Shown: positions 1-13,706, counted from the first letter of the stretch. The stretch is DNA of 62,195 nucleotides from Tubiluchus corallicola (GCA_030141605.1 JAQGDQ010001108.1:1-62195), one strand, 5' to 3'. The notes: generated by a model not told the origin, from the letters alone. Translations and numbers: made by a program.

Positions 1-378
1 TGTCACTTAAAGAAAGAGTATAAATGGTAGTTTGAAACGCTGTGTTCTTTCTTTGTTTTTTTCCTTGTCTTTAACTCTGGGATTTTTTATTCGTTGCTCT
101 GAAAGTTAATATATGTTAATTAACAGAACAAATTCTATAATGAGCCAAGTAAAGTCATTATTTAACAGAACAGTAGTAAACGTTGACTTACGATATTTTA
201 TCTATTATTTTGTGCCTTACTGGCAAATGAGATTATTATGGAATGGGTGAGATTCTGCCTTTTGTAATATTAATAATGATATCTAATAATATTTAAAGCT
301 GAGTAAGACAAATTACGGTTTCGTCTCAGATGCAATGATTTGACGGTTTTTACTTTTCGTAAATTTTAATAAATTCAG

Positions 379-550
379 ATAATAAATTCGGTTTCAGAAA
401 TCCACGTCAGAATATGGAAAGACGTTTCCTCTCATCAGTCGAACAATTCTTCCCCGGGAGACGTATGTCCGAGAAGAATTCCAGGACTTATCCCCAGTCT
501 CTTCTCCAATGTCACACCTGTAATCAACTTCGCTTTACCTGGTCAAATAG
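379..550 (+). pseudogene. TTLL4: TTLL4-like exon (..RRIPGLIPSLFSNVTPVINFALPGQI)
   Basis: ttcag|ATA...ATAG|gtaaaa; resembles the TTLL4 SLFPNVPPTIYF region. Confidence 0.7.
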
Positions 551-1087
551 GTAAAATTATCCACGATGTTCTTAGTATAGTAATGCTAGTTATGGTTGCA
601 TACGTCTATAGTTTTTACTGAAAGGGACTTTAAGGAGCGCCAGACAAACTTAGTCCACAGAGGGCAAGGACTCTGTTTGGCCGCGCCCACAAGGACTCTG
701 TTTAGCCCCGCCCACAAGCCCTGTATGCAAAAAGACAGCATGTAAGTGGTACAAAAATCCAAGACGAATTTTTAAGCTTCATATAAGTATAGCGTTTTCT
801 TGTGCTTTAAGACAACGAAATTCTCGCAGTACTTGAATCAACACGGTGATTCATCTTTGAATCAAATGTTTGACTGAACAAATTGGCCCACACAAATATA
901 AATGGGTTCAAATAGCTAAAACTTTGGTTTAAATCATATTAATCACTTATCCAGCAGCTATTAAAACAGTAACGATCTTAATTTAATCTTAATGTATTTT
1001 AATGTCAAACCTACTGGAAAATTTTAGTAACTTTCGAATCTTTATTTCGACACATGCTTCGCGTAAGCAGACAAAAAAATCTTAAAT

Positions 1088-1330
1088 TACACAATCTTGA
1101 CTTTTGACCTTGATCTTCGACCTCGTAATATCATGACCTAAGACTCTTACACTACACAATCTTGACTTTTGACCTTGATCTTCGACCTTGTAATATCATG
1201 ACCTCAGACTCTTACACTACACAATCGTGACTTTTGACCTTGATCTTCGACCTTGTAATATCATAACCTCAGACTCTTATACTACATAATCTTGACCTTT
1301 GACTTTGACTCTTTGACCTCGTAATTATAT
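1088..1330. repeat. 65-bp tandem repeat, ~3.7 copies
   Basis: tacacaatcttgacttttgacc recurs at 1088, 1153, 1218, 1283. Confidence 0.85.
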
Positions 1331-1522
1331 CATATCCATTTTTGACGTTGCCCTCTGACTTGTGGTCTCACAATATTCCAAGTATACCAGTGACAATGAT
1401 ATTTGACCTTTTGACCTCGATTATACTCTGTGTCCAACCCTGACATTGAGATTTGACCTTTAGACTGCATAATATACTGTGTTTATAACGCTATTACTGA
1501 GGTTTTTTTTACATTTTAACAG

Positions 1523-1630
1523 CTGATGAACTTCCCGTGTACATGAAGAAGCTTCTGAAATTTCAGATTAGGAGAAATGAATCAGCTCTTATAGAAGCTA
1601 TTCTCTAGCATTCTAACTTTCATTTAACTG
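1523..1630 (+). pseudogene. TTLL4: TTLL4-like exon with in-frame TAG (DELPVYMKKLLKFQ..AIL*HSNFHLT)
   Basis: taacag|CT...ACTG|gtaggt; phase 1 at both ends; TAG at 1606-1608. Confidence 0.7.
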
Positions 1631-1884
1631 GTAGGTGTGTTTTTCATAGAATATCGTTTTAAGTTCAAAAGGGAAGGAAAGGAATGTTTTAAAGTACACC
1701 CCCCCCCCAAAAAAAAACCTCTTCAGACAACGTTATAATACGTAGCATTATGCTGACCTATTTGAAAGATTTATGTAACTAGAAAAGAAATTTCATAATA
1801 ATTTAACATTTTCGCACCGACTGATAAAACGTCACTGTATCACAATCCCAGTGTGCACCACTGACTCACCAAAAGTGAGTAGTG

Positions 1885-2245
1885 TGGTAGTGTGCAGTAC
1901 ACTTTTTGTTTTTTGCTGTGCACATTTGGTAGTGTGCAGTACGCTTTTTGTTTTTTGCTGTGCACATTTGGCAGTGTGCAGTGCACTTTTTGTTTTTTGC
2001 TGTGCACATTTGGTAGTTTGCTGTGCACTTACTGTTTTTTGCTGTGCACATTTGGAAGCTTGCAGTGCACTTTTCAGTTTTTTGCTGTGCACATTTGGTA
2101 GTTTGCAGTGCACTTTTTGTTTTTTTGCTGTGCACATTTGGAAGTTTGCAGTACACTTTTGTTATTTGCTGTGCACATTTGGTTGTAAGTAGCGCACTTT
2201 TCAGTTTTTACTGTGCTATTTTATTTTTTGTTGTGCACTTTTTAT
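1885..2245. repeat. ~42-bp tandem repeat (tttttgctgtgcacatttgg core)
   Basis: ~8 units; explains ORFs 1832-2268. Confidence 0.85.
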
Positions 2246-2307
2246 TTTCGAAGGGGTTAAAGTGCTAAGCGCTCTCTCTTAAAGTCATTGACTTGCACTC
2301 ACTTTAA

Positions 2308-2917
2308 AGGAAAACCAAACCCAATCTTAAACTCAGGTCAAAACAATCTACTCCTTTAAATATCGAAAGAAAATATGCGATTTTTTTCCAAAATGACGAC
2401 ACCAACACAGTTTGACGTTCACGCCACTAGTTCTTCTCCATTACATGCATTTTGCCCTTCGTTAGTTAGCAGGGCACTAGTGCCTGCATTTTGGAATTGC
2501 ATTGCACAAAAAACAGGTGCTGTATCTCTGATATCAGATGTGTTAGTCTGTGACGAACTACACACGTTCGACAGCACATGCGTGAGCAGAGCGGTAAAGC
2601 TGAAATTTGAATTTTTACCTTAAAACTTTTACCTAGTTTTAGTACAACAGACTGAATATCTTACAGCAGCACTGTACCTCAATTTTCTCTTTCGCAAACA
2701 CGTGCAACACGCTCGTGGAATATTTTTGCTGTTGAAAATTATGTTAGTTTGTGATGTCATCAATAGATGGGCTCACCCGCTGTTAATTAGGTTTTAAATC
2801 TCTTATTTAATTATCAGAAACGCTTTTGCAGTATTAATTGTGTTAAAATGCATACTTTTATCTGAATATGAAAAATGGTGGTATATGGTAGTATATGAAA
2901 AATCATCCTGTCTTCCT
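2308..2917 (+). mobile_element. Kolobok-like non-autonomous DNA transposon, family A
   Basis: TTAA|AGGAAAAC...GTCTTCCT|TTAA; TTAA target duplication with AGG/CCT ends; at least 7 related copies in the window. Confidence 0.75.
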
Positions 2918-2970
2918 TTAATAAGATAGCAGATTATCCATGAAGCACCTCTTGTGGTTTTCTATTTTAG

Positions 2971-3056
2971 TAAACAAACTCGACAAGAACTGATTGGGTT
3001 GTTGGTGTTATCGTATAAGCAGCAAGAGTTATAAAGGATTAAAGCATTACCAAAAG
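2971..3056 (+). pseudogene. TTLL4: TTLL4-like exon with in-frame TGA (KN*LGCWCYR..HYQK)
   Basis: ttttag|TA...AAG|gtaagt; TGA at 2991-2993 replaces the W of the WLGCW motif. Confidence 0.75.
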
Positions 3057-3305
3057 GTAAGTAGAACAATACTGCACAGCTAGAACAGGCCGAATGTTTT
3101 CCTTTGTTTGAGTGAATATGATTTTGACGAAAAGATAAAATCATTATTAGACTGTTAGTGCAAAGAATAACTAACTACTTTTGTTAACTAATAAATAAAA
3201 AATCTAATATTGATTACAGGTATTATCTCCGAGTATTGGAGATGTCAGGGTTTTTCATCTGTTCTTTTTGTACCTGCTGATATAATAGAGAACTTCTATT
3301 TACAG

Positions 3306-3491
3306 TACGATCATTTTCCTGGAGAAAACATGCGCAAAGATAACCTATGGAGGAACTACAAAGCGATGCGTTCCAAGTTTGGAGCAGAAGAGTTTAACTT
3401 CATGCCCCTAACCTTCATTTTACCAAAAGAATTGAAAGAATATCGAAAGTTTGTGGCAAATTATTCAGACGAACTGTGGATCATGAAACCG
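3306..3491 (+). pseudogene. TTLL4: TTLL4-like exon (YDHFPG...WIMKP)
   Basis: Inside ORF 3210-3509; tacag|TAC...CCG|gtttgt. Confidence 0.85.
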
Positions 3492-3636
3492 GTTTGTAGT
3501 AGCAGCTAGGTAGTTGCATAACTGCAGAGTTTGGCTTCGCTGCTCGATTTGGCTTCAATAGCTATGGAAAAAACTGTTTTCACTAACGTTTCTTTTACCT
3601 AAATCTTTCACACCAATGCGAACATACTGCCTCTTC

Positions 3637-3737
<101 letters not shown>

Positions 3738-4626
3738 CACTAACGTTTCTTTTACCTAAATCTTTCACACCAATCTCACCAGAACAAAGCCACTCTTTCT
3801 CTGAATTCCAGAAAAAAAGAGATGAAACCAATAGACTTTAGTTGTGCCGTCATGGTCTCTGCTGTTTTGTATATAAATGAGCATTTTACATTTAATCACA
3901 TAATTTTACACATAAGCAACTTATGGAATTCAGCACCCGTAAGTATAAAATGAAAGGACGTATTAACAACTTTTAAAACAGAAATAAAAAAATAAACTCC
4001 TAACTCACAAAAGAGCCTTAGATAAAAACGATGAAGTAGAATTCATCAATAATTGGAGAATATGAAAAAACGCGTAACGCTTTCATAATCTCATCATAAC
4101 CTAAGTATCTATACTATAAAAACATACGAATTGTACGGAAACTTACATGACAGAAAAGTAAGAAAAGGTATCAAAAGGTATTAAAATTCACCATATTTCG
4201 TAAGTCACCATTGTGTCATCGTGTAAACAAATGTGTAGATATGTAATATAGTATTTTAATGTTTTTATTCTTGTGATTTTTAACTTAGACTAACTGGCAC
4301 AATCTGTCACTGACTGGTTATACACTGATTTTACGTATGATGTAATTTGTTTTACTCTGTACTAGTGTATAATTTTTGCAGTAAAGATTTTTATATTGTA
4401 TTATTTTATAAATATACAGGCCCTAGAATCACCGTGAGTAGAAGTTGCTTTCTTAGAATTCACTAAAAAACAAGCAAATGTCTTTCAGTTAAATTTTTTG
4501 ACATTCTTTTGTATCTAAATGTTATACAGATCAGAATAAAAACTCACTGAGAGCAGAATACGTTTCCTTTAACTTATGAAGGGCAGCTTTCGATTTGTTT
4601 TAGTTCGGATTTACACTCCCTGTCAG

Positions 4627-5089
4627 CAGGCCCTATTTCAGGGGGGGGGGGGAGTGGAGATACTTCCCCGGGCCTCACCCTCGAGGGGGGCCTCGCGCCG
4701 AGATAACTTTTTTGCTTTATGCGAACATACTGCCTCTTATTTCCCTCTCTCTCTCTCTCTCCCTCTCTCTCTCTTGCCGCACGCACGCCGTTTGCCTTGT
4801 GCGGCTCGGTGCCGATGTTCAGCTGTTTTCAATTTCGGAATTTCGTAACACCAGCTTGTACGAAAGTGAGAGTACGGTATTACATATTGCAAAGATGTTG
4901 TTTTTGATTTGACTATTTGACAAGTATTAAAGACTGGTCTTGAGAATAAAGCAGTTTTTCTTTCAATTGTTCTTTCCTTTAACAACTGTATAACTCCACA
5001 TTTTTTCCTCGAAAATGCTTCTCCGGCGTTCTAGCAGTTCAAAAATTTTCTGGCTTTTCCGGGCCTCGCTTAGGCTGAAATAGGCCCTG
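4627..5089. mobile_element. hAT-type MITE
   Basis: TIRs CAGGCCCTATTTCAG / CTGAAATAGGCCCTG; perfect 8-bp TSD CCTGTCAG at 4619-4626 and 5090-5097. Confidence 0.85.
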
Positions 5090-5905
5090 CCTGTCAGTGT
5101 GCTTGCAAACCAATCCGTAAGTCGGCATAGTTAAAACTACTTTATGATGTCTCAAAGTAGAATGACCCAAAATTTGATTAAATGTCATTTTTTTGTTTTT
5201 TCTTGTAGAAGCAAATGCTAAATATATTGGACTTTTATACTTTAGCATCAAATTATGAAGAAAATGTTCAAAAAGTAATAAAAATCTAATTTTCTAACCT
5301 CATAGCCGTTGCTAGAAACTAGTACTGCAATTGCAAATAAACTCGTATTTTCAAACTCAGATAGTAGCTAGTGGAAGCAGTCATTTTGCTTCGGGTTTTT
5401 TCTGCTGACAGATCTTCGTCTGGAAGAGCCATCTACTGGATTTAAACATAACTTCAATGTGTTTTTGCAAAGTCCGTAGCAACCAACATTTGTGCGGTTG
5501 CTAAGTGTTTTGTAGAAATGCGACAAAAAACAATGGCTGACTTTAACAGTGATTTTCTCAAGATTATGTTTTTCAGTGTGCAGCCTGCACCTCAACTTCA
5601 ATGTGGATTATCTCATCTTAGAAATAACATAGAGTGATGAACTTGGTATCAAGCTGATCCTCATGAAATGGAAATTCAGGATATGTGAATTACTAGAAAA
5701 GCTTAATTGCCGACTTGTGGACGATATTGCTATGCAAGACCTGACGTTTTTTGTTTCTAAAATGATTTATAGCCAAACTTATCAGAATCAATAGACTCAC
5801 CGACTGTAGGCATTATTTCATTGAAATTCTGTGTAGAACAGATGTAAATTTATTTTAGTTAAGTTCTTATGAATTTTCGTTCTTTAATATCTAAATAATT
5901 TACAG

Positions 5906-5988
5906 CCCAACTTGTCAGCAGGCCGAGGTATTGAGGTAATCACCAGTTTGACAAAAGTGTCACGGAAAAAACAAGCAGTTATTCAAAG
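5906..5988 (+). pseudogene. TTLL4: TTLL4-like exon (PNLSAGRGIEVI...VIQR)
   Basis: tacag|CCC...AAG|gtgaac; GRGI ATP-grasp loop. Confidence 0.85.
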
Positions 5989-6055
5989 GTGAACAATACT
6001 GAGCATCTATATTAACTTATAAAAACTGTGATCTTCTGGTGTGTTACTTTAGGTT

Positions 6056-7946
6056 AAATTTGACAGTTTGCTGACACAGTTTTCATCTGAACACATCATT
6101 CTTGTTGCGGACTGTTGCAAAATTGACAGTTTGCTGACACAGTTTTCACCTGAACACATCGTTCTTGTCGCTGACTGTTGCAAATTTGACAGTTTGCTGA
6201 CACAGTTTTCACCTGAACACGTCGTTCTTGTCGCGGACTGTTGCAAAATTGACAGTTTGCTGATGCAGTTTTCACCTGAACACGTCGTTCTTGTCGCGGA
6301 CTGTTGCAAAATTGACAGTTTGCTGACACAGCTTTCACCTGAACACGTCGTTCTTGTCGCGGACTGTTGCAAAATTGACAGTTTGCTGACGCAGTTTTCA
6401 CCTGAACACATCGTTCTTGTCACGGACTGTTGCAAAATTGACAGTTTGCTGACACAGTTTTCACCTGAACACATCGTTCTTGTCGCGGACGGTTGCAAAT
6501 TTGACAGTTTGCTGACACAGCTTTCACCTAAACACATCGTTCTTGTCGCGGACTGTTGCAAATTTGACAGTTTGCTGACAGTTTTCACCTGAACACATCG
6601 TTCTTGTCGCGGACTGTTGCAAATTTGACAGTTTGCTGATGCAGCTTTCACCTGAACATATCGTTCTTGTCACGGACTGTTGCAAAATTGACAGTCTGCT
6701 GATGCAGTTTTCACCTGAACACATCGTTCTTGTCGCGGACTGTTGCAAAATTGACAGTTTGCTGACACAGCTTTCACCTAAACACATCGTTCTTGTCGCG
6801 GACTGTTGCAAATTTGACAGTTTGCTGACGCAGTTTTCACCTGAACACATCGTTCTTGTCGCGGACTGTTGCAAAATTGACAGTTTGCTGACGCAGTTTT
6901 CACCTGAACACATCGTTCTTGTCGCGGACTGTTGCAAAATTGACAGTTTGCTGACGCAGTTTTCACCTGAACACATCGTTCTTGTCGCGGACTGTTGCAA
7001 AATTGACAGTCTGCTGACGCAGTTTTCACCTGAACACATCGTTCTTGTCGCGGACTGTTGCAAAATTGACAGTTTGCTGACGCAGTTTTCACCTGAACAC
7101 ATCGTTCTTGTCGCGGACTGTTGCAAAATTGACAGTTTGCTGACGCAGTTTTCACCTGAACACATCGTTCTTGTCGCGGACTGTTGCAAATTTGACAGTT
7201 TGCTGACGCAGTTTTCACCTGAACACATCGTTCTTGTCGCGGACTGTTGCAAAATTGACAGTTTGCTGACGCAGTTTTCACCTGAACACATCGTTCTTGT
7301 CGCGGACTGTTGCAAAATTGACAGTCTGCTGACGCAGTTTTCACCTGAACACATCGTTCTTGTCGCGGACTGTTGCAAAATTGACAGTTTGCTGACGCAG
7401 TTTTCACCTGAACACATCGTTCTTGTCGCGGACTGTTGCAAAATTGACAGTTTGCTGACGCAGTTTTCACCTGAACACGTCGTTCTTGTCGCGGACTGTT
7501 GCAAAATTGACAGTCTGCTGACGCAGTTTTCACCTGAACACATCGTTCTTGTCGCGGACTGTTGCAAAATTGACAGTTTGCTGACACAGTTTTCACCTGA
7601 ACACATCGTTCTTGTTGCGGACTGTTGCAAGTTTGACAGTTTGCTGACGCAGTTTTCACCTGAACACATCGTTCTTGTCGCGGACTGTTGCAAAATTGAC
7701 AGTCTGCTGACACAGCTTTCACCTGAACACATCGTTCTTATCGCGGACTGTTACAAAATTGACAGTTTGCTGACACAGCTTTCACCTGAACACATCGTTC
7801 TTGTCGCGGACTGTTGCAAAATTGACAGTTTGCTGACACAGCTTTCACCTGAACACATCGTTCTTGTCGCGGACTGTTGCAAAATTGACAGTCTGCTTAT
7901 GCAGTTTTCACCTGAACACATCGTTCTTGTCGCGGACTGTTGCAAG
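6056..7946. repeat. 63-bp minisatellite, ~30 copies
   Basis: Unit tgacagtttgctgacgcagttttcacctgaacacatcgttcttgtcgcggactgttgcaaaat; gives 21-aa periodic ORFs on both strands. Confidence 0.97.
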
Positions 7947-8510
7947 TGTAGAACATTCACGATTTCAAACCCTTGGCGAAGCCACATTCATAGGTAGTTT
8001 TGACCTTGAAAGGTAACATGGCATACGTGATCTTAAACTTTTGCCTGAACCTATTTTTAGATATTATGAATATATAAGCCTTCTGTCAAACTAACTCACT
8101 AGTGATGTGTTGATACTGTGTCGCAGAGAACAGTCACATGACCCCCTTTTAGATGGCTTTATTATTGATTATTATCTTGATTAGTTTATATAGATAATTG
8201 CACTGTTTAATATTGTTTGTTTGTTTTTACTGTTGTTTTGTGTATGTAAGTATTGCAAAATATATATATGTTAGAATTACAATTAGTAGTTTCTCTTTTC
8301 TGGCAGGCTTAAACACAAGTAAATTCACTGGTCTACATATAAATACGTATCTCTTTTTTTCAAGCTTTTTTGGTTTTGGTTACTAAAGAGAGGGTGTTTT
8401 AGGAATTCAAACGCTCAGCGCTTCTCCGCCTTTAAAGTATTAGAATTCTTTCCTACAGTTGGACATACACTAATCACTCGATAATAATGAAAAAGCTGTT
8501 TTATCTACAG

Positions 8511-8639
8511 GTACATATCGAGGCCATACCTTATCAAAGGCCGTAAGTTTGACTTGAGATTGTACGTATACGTGCCATCAATAGAACCTTTGAGGATCTA
8601 CTTACACAGAGCTGGAACCGTGAGATTTGCAACAAAACG
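8511..8639 (+). pseudogene. TTLL4: TTLL4-like exon ([21 protein letters not shown]...VRFATKR)
   Basis: ctacag|G...ACG|gtatgc; KFDLR signature. Confidence 0.9.
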
Positions 8640-9039
8640 GTATGCTTACATGTTTTATTATCACTGATCTTCGACATAGTTGACAAAACACCAATATCTT
8701 CTCTCTCTCTCCCTTTTGTCTTTCTCATTTTTCAGCCTTCCTTGAAAGCGCTTATCTTTAAAAGTGCCAGATTGTACACATGCAGTAACAATATTCCTAG
8801 CTATGTAAGGGTCCAGTGTTAGTGACTTCATTTTTCTTTTTCTTTCTTGGGACGTTTTATGAGTACAAAAACTGTTGACATTAGTGTGTTGTGGTGGGGT
8901 GCAGTGTACGCGACCTATAGCATGAAAAGATTACATGATTGTTCTTTTCGGATGCTTCTGCATCAGATACTTATTGTCTGGTTTCTATGATTGAACAGAG
9001 AAAGGACAATATTATTTGGTTTGTTTCATTGGATAGATC

Positions 9040-10173
9040 AAGGGCAATCCTCTTGTTTGGTTGTGGGGATTGGCTAGAGCAAGAGTAATCCTATTGCTTG
9101 GTTGCTGGGATTGGATGCAGCAAGAACAATCCTACTGTTTGGTTTCTCGATTGGATAGAACAAGTACAATCCTATTGTTTGGTTTCTGAGATTGGATAGA
9201 ATAGAAACAATCCTATTGTTTGATTTCTGGGATTGGGTAGAACAGAAACAATCCTATTGTTTGGTTTCTGAGATTGGATAGAATAGAAACAATCCTATTG
9301 TTTGGTTTCTGAGATTGGATAGAATAGAAACAATCCTATTGTTTGGTTTCTGGGATTCGATAGAACAGAAACAGTCCTATTGTTTAGTTTCTGGGACCGG
9401 ATAGAGCAAGAACAATCCTATTGTTTGGTTTCTGAGATTGGATAGAATAGAAATAATCCTATTGTTTGATTTCTGGGATTGGATAGAACAGAAACAATCC
9501 TATTGTTTGGTTTCTGGGATTGGGTAGAACAGAAACAATCCTATTGTTTGGTTTCTGGGATTCGATAGAACAGAAACAATCCTATTGTTTAGTTTCTGGG
9601 ACCGGATAGAGCAAGAACAATCCTATTGTTTGGTTTCTGAGATTGGATAGAATAGAAACAATCCTATTATTTGATTTCTGGGATTGGATAGAACAGAAAC
9701 AATCCTATTGTTTGGTTTCTGGGATTGGATAGAACAGAAACAATCCTATTGTTTGGTTTCTGGGATTGGATAGAACAGAAACAATCCTATTGTTTGGTTT
9801 CTGGGATTGGGTAGAACAGAAACAATCCTATTGTTTGGTTTCTGGGATTCGATAGAACAGAAACAATCCTATTGTTTAGTTTCTGGGACCGGATAGAGCA
9901 AGAACAATCCTATTGTTTGGTTTCTGAGATTGGATAGAATAGAAACAATCCTATTATTTGATTTCTGGGATTGGATAGAACAGAAACAATCCTATTGTTT
10001 GGTTTCTGGGATTGGATAGAACAGAAACAATCCTATTGTTTGGTTTCTGGGATTGGATAGAACAGAAACAATCCTATTGTTTGGTTTCTGGGATTGGATA
10101 GAGCAGAAACAATCCTATTGTTTGGTTTCTGGGATTGGATAGAACAAGAACAATCCTATTGTTTGGTTTCTGG
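9040..10173. repeat. 41-bp minisatellite, ~27 copies
   Basis: Unit aacaatcctattgtttggtttctgggattggatagaacaga; degenerate at the 5' edge. Confidence 0.95.
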
Positions 10174-10326
10174 GCCACCTTTGTGCAAGTGCAAAAATAA
10201 GTTGTAGGAAATTTTAGCAGCAATAACAGTGGCTGACCACATCTATCGATTATTAGCCACCGGAAGTTTTTGTTGCTTTTTTTCGTATTGTTGTTGTTCT
10301 TACTGTTATTGTTTGCATTTTTTCAG

Positions 10327-10449
10327 GTATCGAAACAGGGTGAATAATTTAAATGACAGTTTCATACACCTGACCAATGTTGACATAAACAAACACAGTC
10401 CAATGTATTACAAAAGGTTTACAAATATTGGAGAAACAGCACACCGGTG
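10327..10449 (+). pseudogene. TTLL4: TTLL4-like exon (..FIHLTNVDINK..HRW)
   Basis: ttcag|G...GTG|gtaggt; HLTN motif. Confidence 0.88.
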
Positions 10450-10601
10450 GTAGGTTTATCTTGCTTAAATGCAGCTAGCTTATTCCAAATTTCTTTTCAG
10501 TCGATGCCAGCAGAAGTAAAAATTTCAGAGATTTTTCCATTCTATTTTCTTTGTAAAGTGTAATCATCATTTATGTGTAGAATGCTAGGTATATTTTTTA
10601 G

Positions 10602-10700
10602 GAATTTGAAAACTTTATGGCGTCACCTTGAATCTCAGGGCATTCGTACGGACGTTATTTGGCAAGAAATTACGGATCTGGTCATAAAACTGTTTCTAAG
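10602..10700 (+). pseudogene. TTLL4: TTLL4-like exon (NLKTLWRHLESQG..IWQEITDLVIKLFL)
   Basis: ttttag|G...AAG|gtaatt. Confidence 0.85.
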
Positions 10701-10827
10701 GTAATTCTTATTGGGTAACCAGGACAAATTCAAACTACTACATGCATTAGGCGCTCTGCAATTGTTGAGTCTACTAGGTCATTATATGTGTTGTTCAGTA
10801 GGAAAATAGCAATAGACTAACATATAT

Positions 10828-12058
10828 AACACTTATAACCTCATACATATTCACTTGCTCACACTCACATACAATGTAATCAATTCTTTGATGCACACGT
10901 ATTGTCTACATACACATACAAATGAATAACACACTATCACACTTACTATCACACTTATAACCTCATACATATTCACTTGCTCACACTCACATACAATGTA
11001 ATCAATTCTTTGATGCATACGTATTGTCTACATACACATACAAATGAATAACACACTATCACACTTATAACCTCATACATATTCACTTGCTCACACTCAC
11101 ATACAATGTAATCAATTCTTTGATGCACACGTATTGTCTACATACACATACAAATGAATAACACACTATCACACTTATAACCTCATACATATTCACTTGC
11201 TCACACTCACACACAATGTAATCAATTCTTTGATGCACACGTATTGTCTACATACACACACAAATAAATAACACACTATCACACTTATAACCTCATACAT
11301 ATTCACTTGCTCACACTCACATACAATGTAATCAATTCTTTGATGCACACGTATTGTCTACATACACATACAAATGAATAACACACTATCACACTTATAA
11401 CCTCATACATATTCACTTGCTCACACTCACATACAATGTAATCAATTCTTTGATGCACACGTATTGTCTACATACACACACAAATAAATAACACACTATC
11501 ACACTTATAACCTCATACATATTCACTTGCTCACACTCACATACAATGTAATCAATTCTTTGATGCACACGTATTGTCTACATACACATACAAATGAATA
11601 ACACACTATCACACTTATAACCTCATACATATTCACTTGCTCACACTCACATACAATGTAATCAATTCTTTGATGCACACGTATTGTCTACATACACATA
11701 CAAATGAATAACACACTATCACACGTATAACCTCATACATATTCACTTGCTCACACTCACACACAATGTAATCAATTCTTTGATGCACACGTATTGTCTA
11801 CATACAATACAAATGAATAACACACTATCACACTTATAACCTCATACATATTCACTTGCTCACACTCACATACAATGTAATCAATTCTTTGATGCACACG
11901 TATTGTCTACATACACATACAAATGAATAACACACTATCACACTTATAACCTCATACATATTCACTTGCTCACACTCACACACAATGTAATCAATTCTTT
12001 GATGCACACGTATTGTCTACATACACACACAAATGAATAACACACTATCACACTTATA
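10828..12058. repeat. 110-bp tandem repeat, ~11 copies
   Basis: acacttataacctcatac at 11061, 11171, 11281, 11391 and onward. Confidence 0.95.
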
Positions 12059-12616
12059 TTTTCTTTACACTATCAAATTTTCTTTGCATTCTTTCAAGAT
12101 TCATTATACTCGTGGGGTAAATTGAACCCCAAAGGATAACTGAATAACTTAAATAAGGAAGTTTAGTGAATTACATAGTGTAACTAACAGCGTAGCAGAT
12201 AGACTTTGTCTAATATGGCAAAATAAGTAATAAGTTTACTTCAAGCTATGTAAATCTCGCTAAAATTTGTCACTAGTAAAATTTCAAGACCGGGGGGGGG
12301 GGGGCGGTCGAGTTAAACGGTGTGAAAGTGCTCCATAATTTCGTTAGCCTACGGGCCCCATGAGGTCACGATTTGGCCCTGGTTCTTATGCTGTTGTACA
12401 TAAGTTGCATGGACTCAGAAAAATGTCTAAACTCTCACTTTTTTTACTTTTTGGGTACCAAGTCAAAAATTGCAAATTTTGTGGCACTGCTTTCTTAATT
12501 AACAACTTCTAATTAACGGTTTCCAATACATTAATAATACATTAACTTTAATGCTTGTTTTGCAAGTAAAGTTAGGCTATTTCATCTACGTATGTTTATC
12601 ACTGGGCTATTTGCAG

Positions 12617-12748
12617 TGCAGAGTCTAAAATTCATCACTTGACCAACACTTACGCGAGAAACACCTCCTGTCACGAATTGTACGGATATGACGTCATCTT
12701 GGACCACAAATTGAAACCATGGATACTGGAGGTCAATTCATCGCCTGG
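12617..12748 (+). pseudogene. TTLL4: TTLL4-like exon ([26 protein letters not shown])
   Basis: ttgcag|T...TGG|gtaata; catalytic GxD and EVN motifs. Confidence 0.9.
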
Positions 12749-12897
12749 GTAATAATTTAATTTCAATTCTTGTGCTCTAGAAAAACCAGTTTATGCCTGT
12801 TTTAAATTGACAAACGATTAAAGTTTTGAATTTGCATTACGGCAGGTTTTAAAATTGGTTTAATATTCGCTGTGGGCAGTTTAAGTTGCCATACTGA

Positions 12898-13545
12898 TCA
12901 AATTATGGTAGCAAACGTCCACATTGAGTATGAATCAAATTACGGTAGCAAACGTCCACATTGAGTATGAATCAAATTACGGTAGCAAACGTCCACATTG
13001 AGTATGAATCAAATTACGGTGGCAAACGTCCACATTGAGTATGAATCAAATTACGGTAGCAAACGTCCACATTGAGTATGAATCAAATTACGGTAGCAAA
13101 CGTCCACATTGAGTATGAATCAAATTACGGTAGCAAACGTTCACATTGAGTATGAATCAAATTACGGTGGCAAACGTCCACATTGAGTATGAATCAAATT
13201 ACGGTAGCAAACGTCCACATTGAGTATGAATCAAATTACGGTAGCAAACGTCCACATTGAGTATGAATCAAATTACGGTAGCAAACGTCCACATTGAGTA
13301 TGAATCAAATTACGGTGGCATACGTCCACAATGAGTATGAATCAAATTACGGTGGCAAACGTCCACATTGAGTATGAATCAAATTACGGTAGCAAACGTC
13401 CACATTGAGTATGAATCAAATTACGGTGGCAAACATCCACATTGAGTATGAATCAAATTACGGTGGCAAACATCCACATTGAGTATGAATCAAATTACGG
13501 TAGCAAACGTCCACATTGAGTATGAATCAAATTACGGTAGCAAAC
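12898..13545. repeat. 37-bp minisatellite, ~17 copies
   Basis: Unit atcaaattacggtagcaaacgtccacattgagtatga. Confidence 0.95.
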
Positions 13546-13589
13546 TGTTCCTTGTGTGTGATATTCATTATTATCATCATTCTCTTTAG

Positions 13590-13706
13590 GTTGTCTCTGT
13601 CAAATGTAAATTGCGGAGTGGCTCGCGACGTTTTTAACCTTGCAGGTTATAAAGTACCAAGAAGTTTGCTGAAACCTTCACTGGAGCAACCGTTGCTGGA
13701 TCAGAA
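13590..13706 (+). pseudogene. TTLL4: TTLL4-like exon (..ARDVFNLAGYKVP..) with mutated donor
   Basis: tttag|G...; the phase-2 donor required by the next exon reads ATAAGT at 13707-13712. Confidence 0.7.

Noticed and set aside
6049-7997. Long Cys-rich ORFs (200-454 aa) as real genes
   Set aside because: They are translations of a 63-bp tandem array, open on both strands and inside a TTLL intron
12898-13545. 37-bp repeats (and the 41-, 43- and 71-bp arrays) as CRISPR arrays
   Set aside because: Units are head-to-tail with no unique spacers; there are no cas genes and the context is eukaryotic
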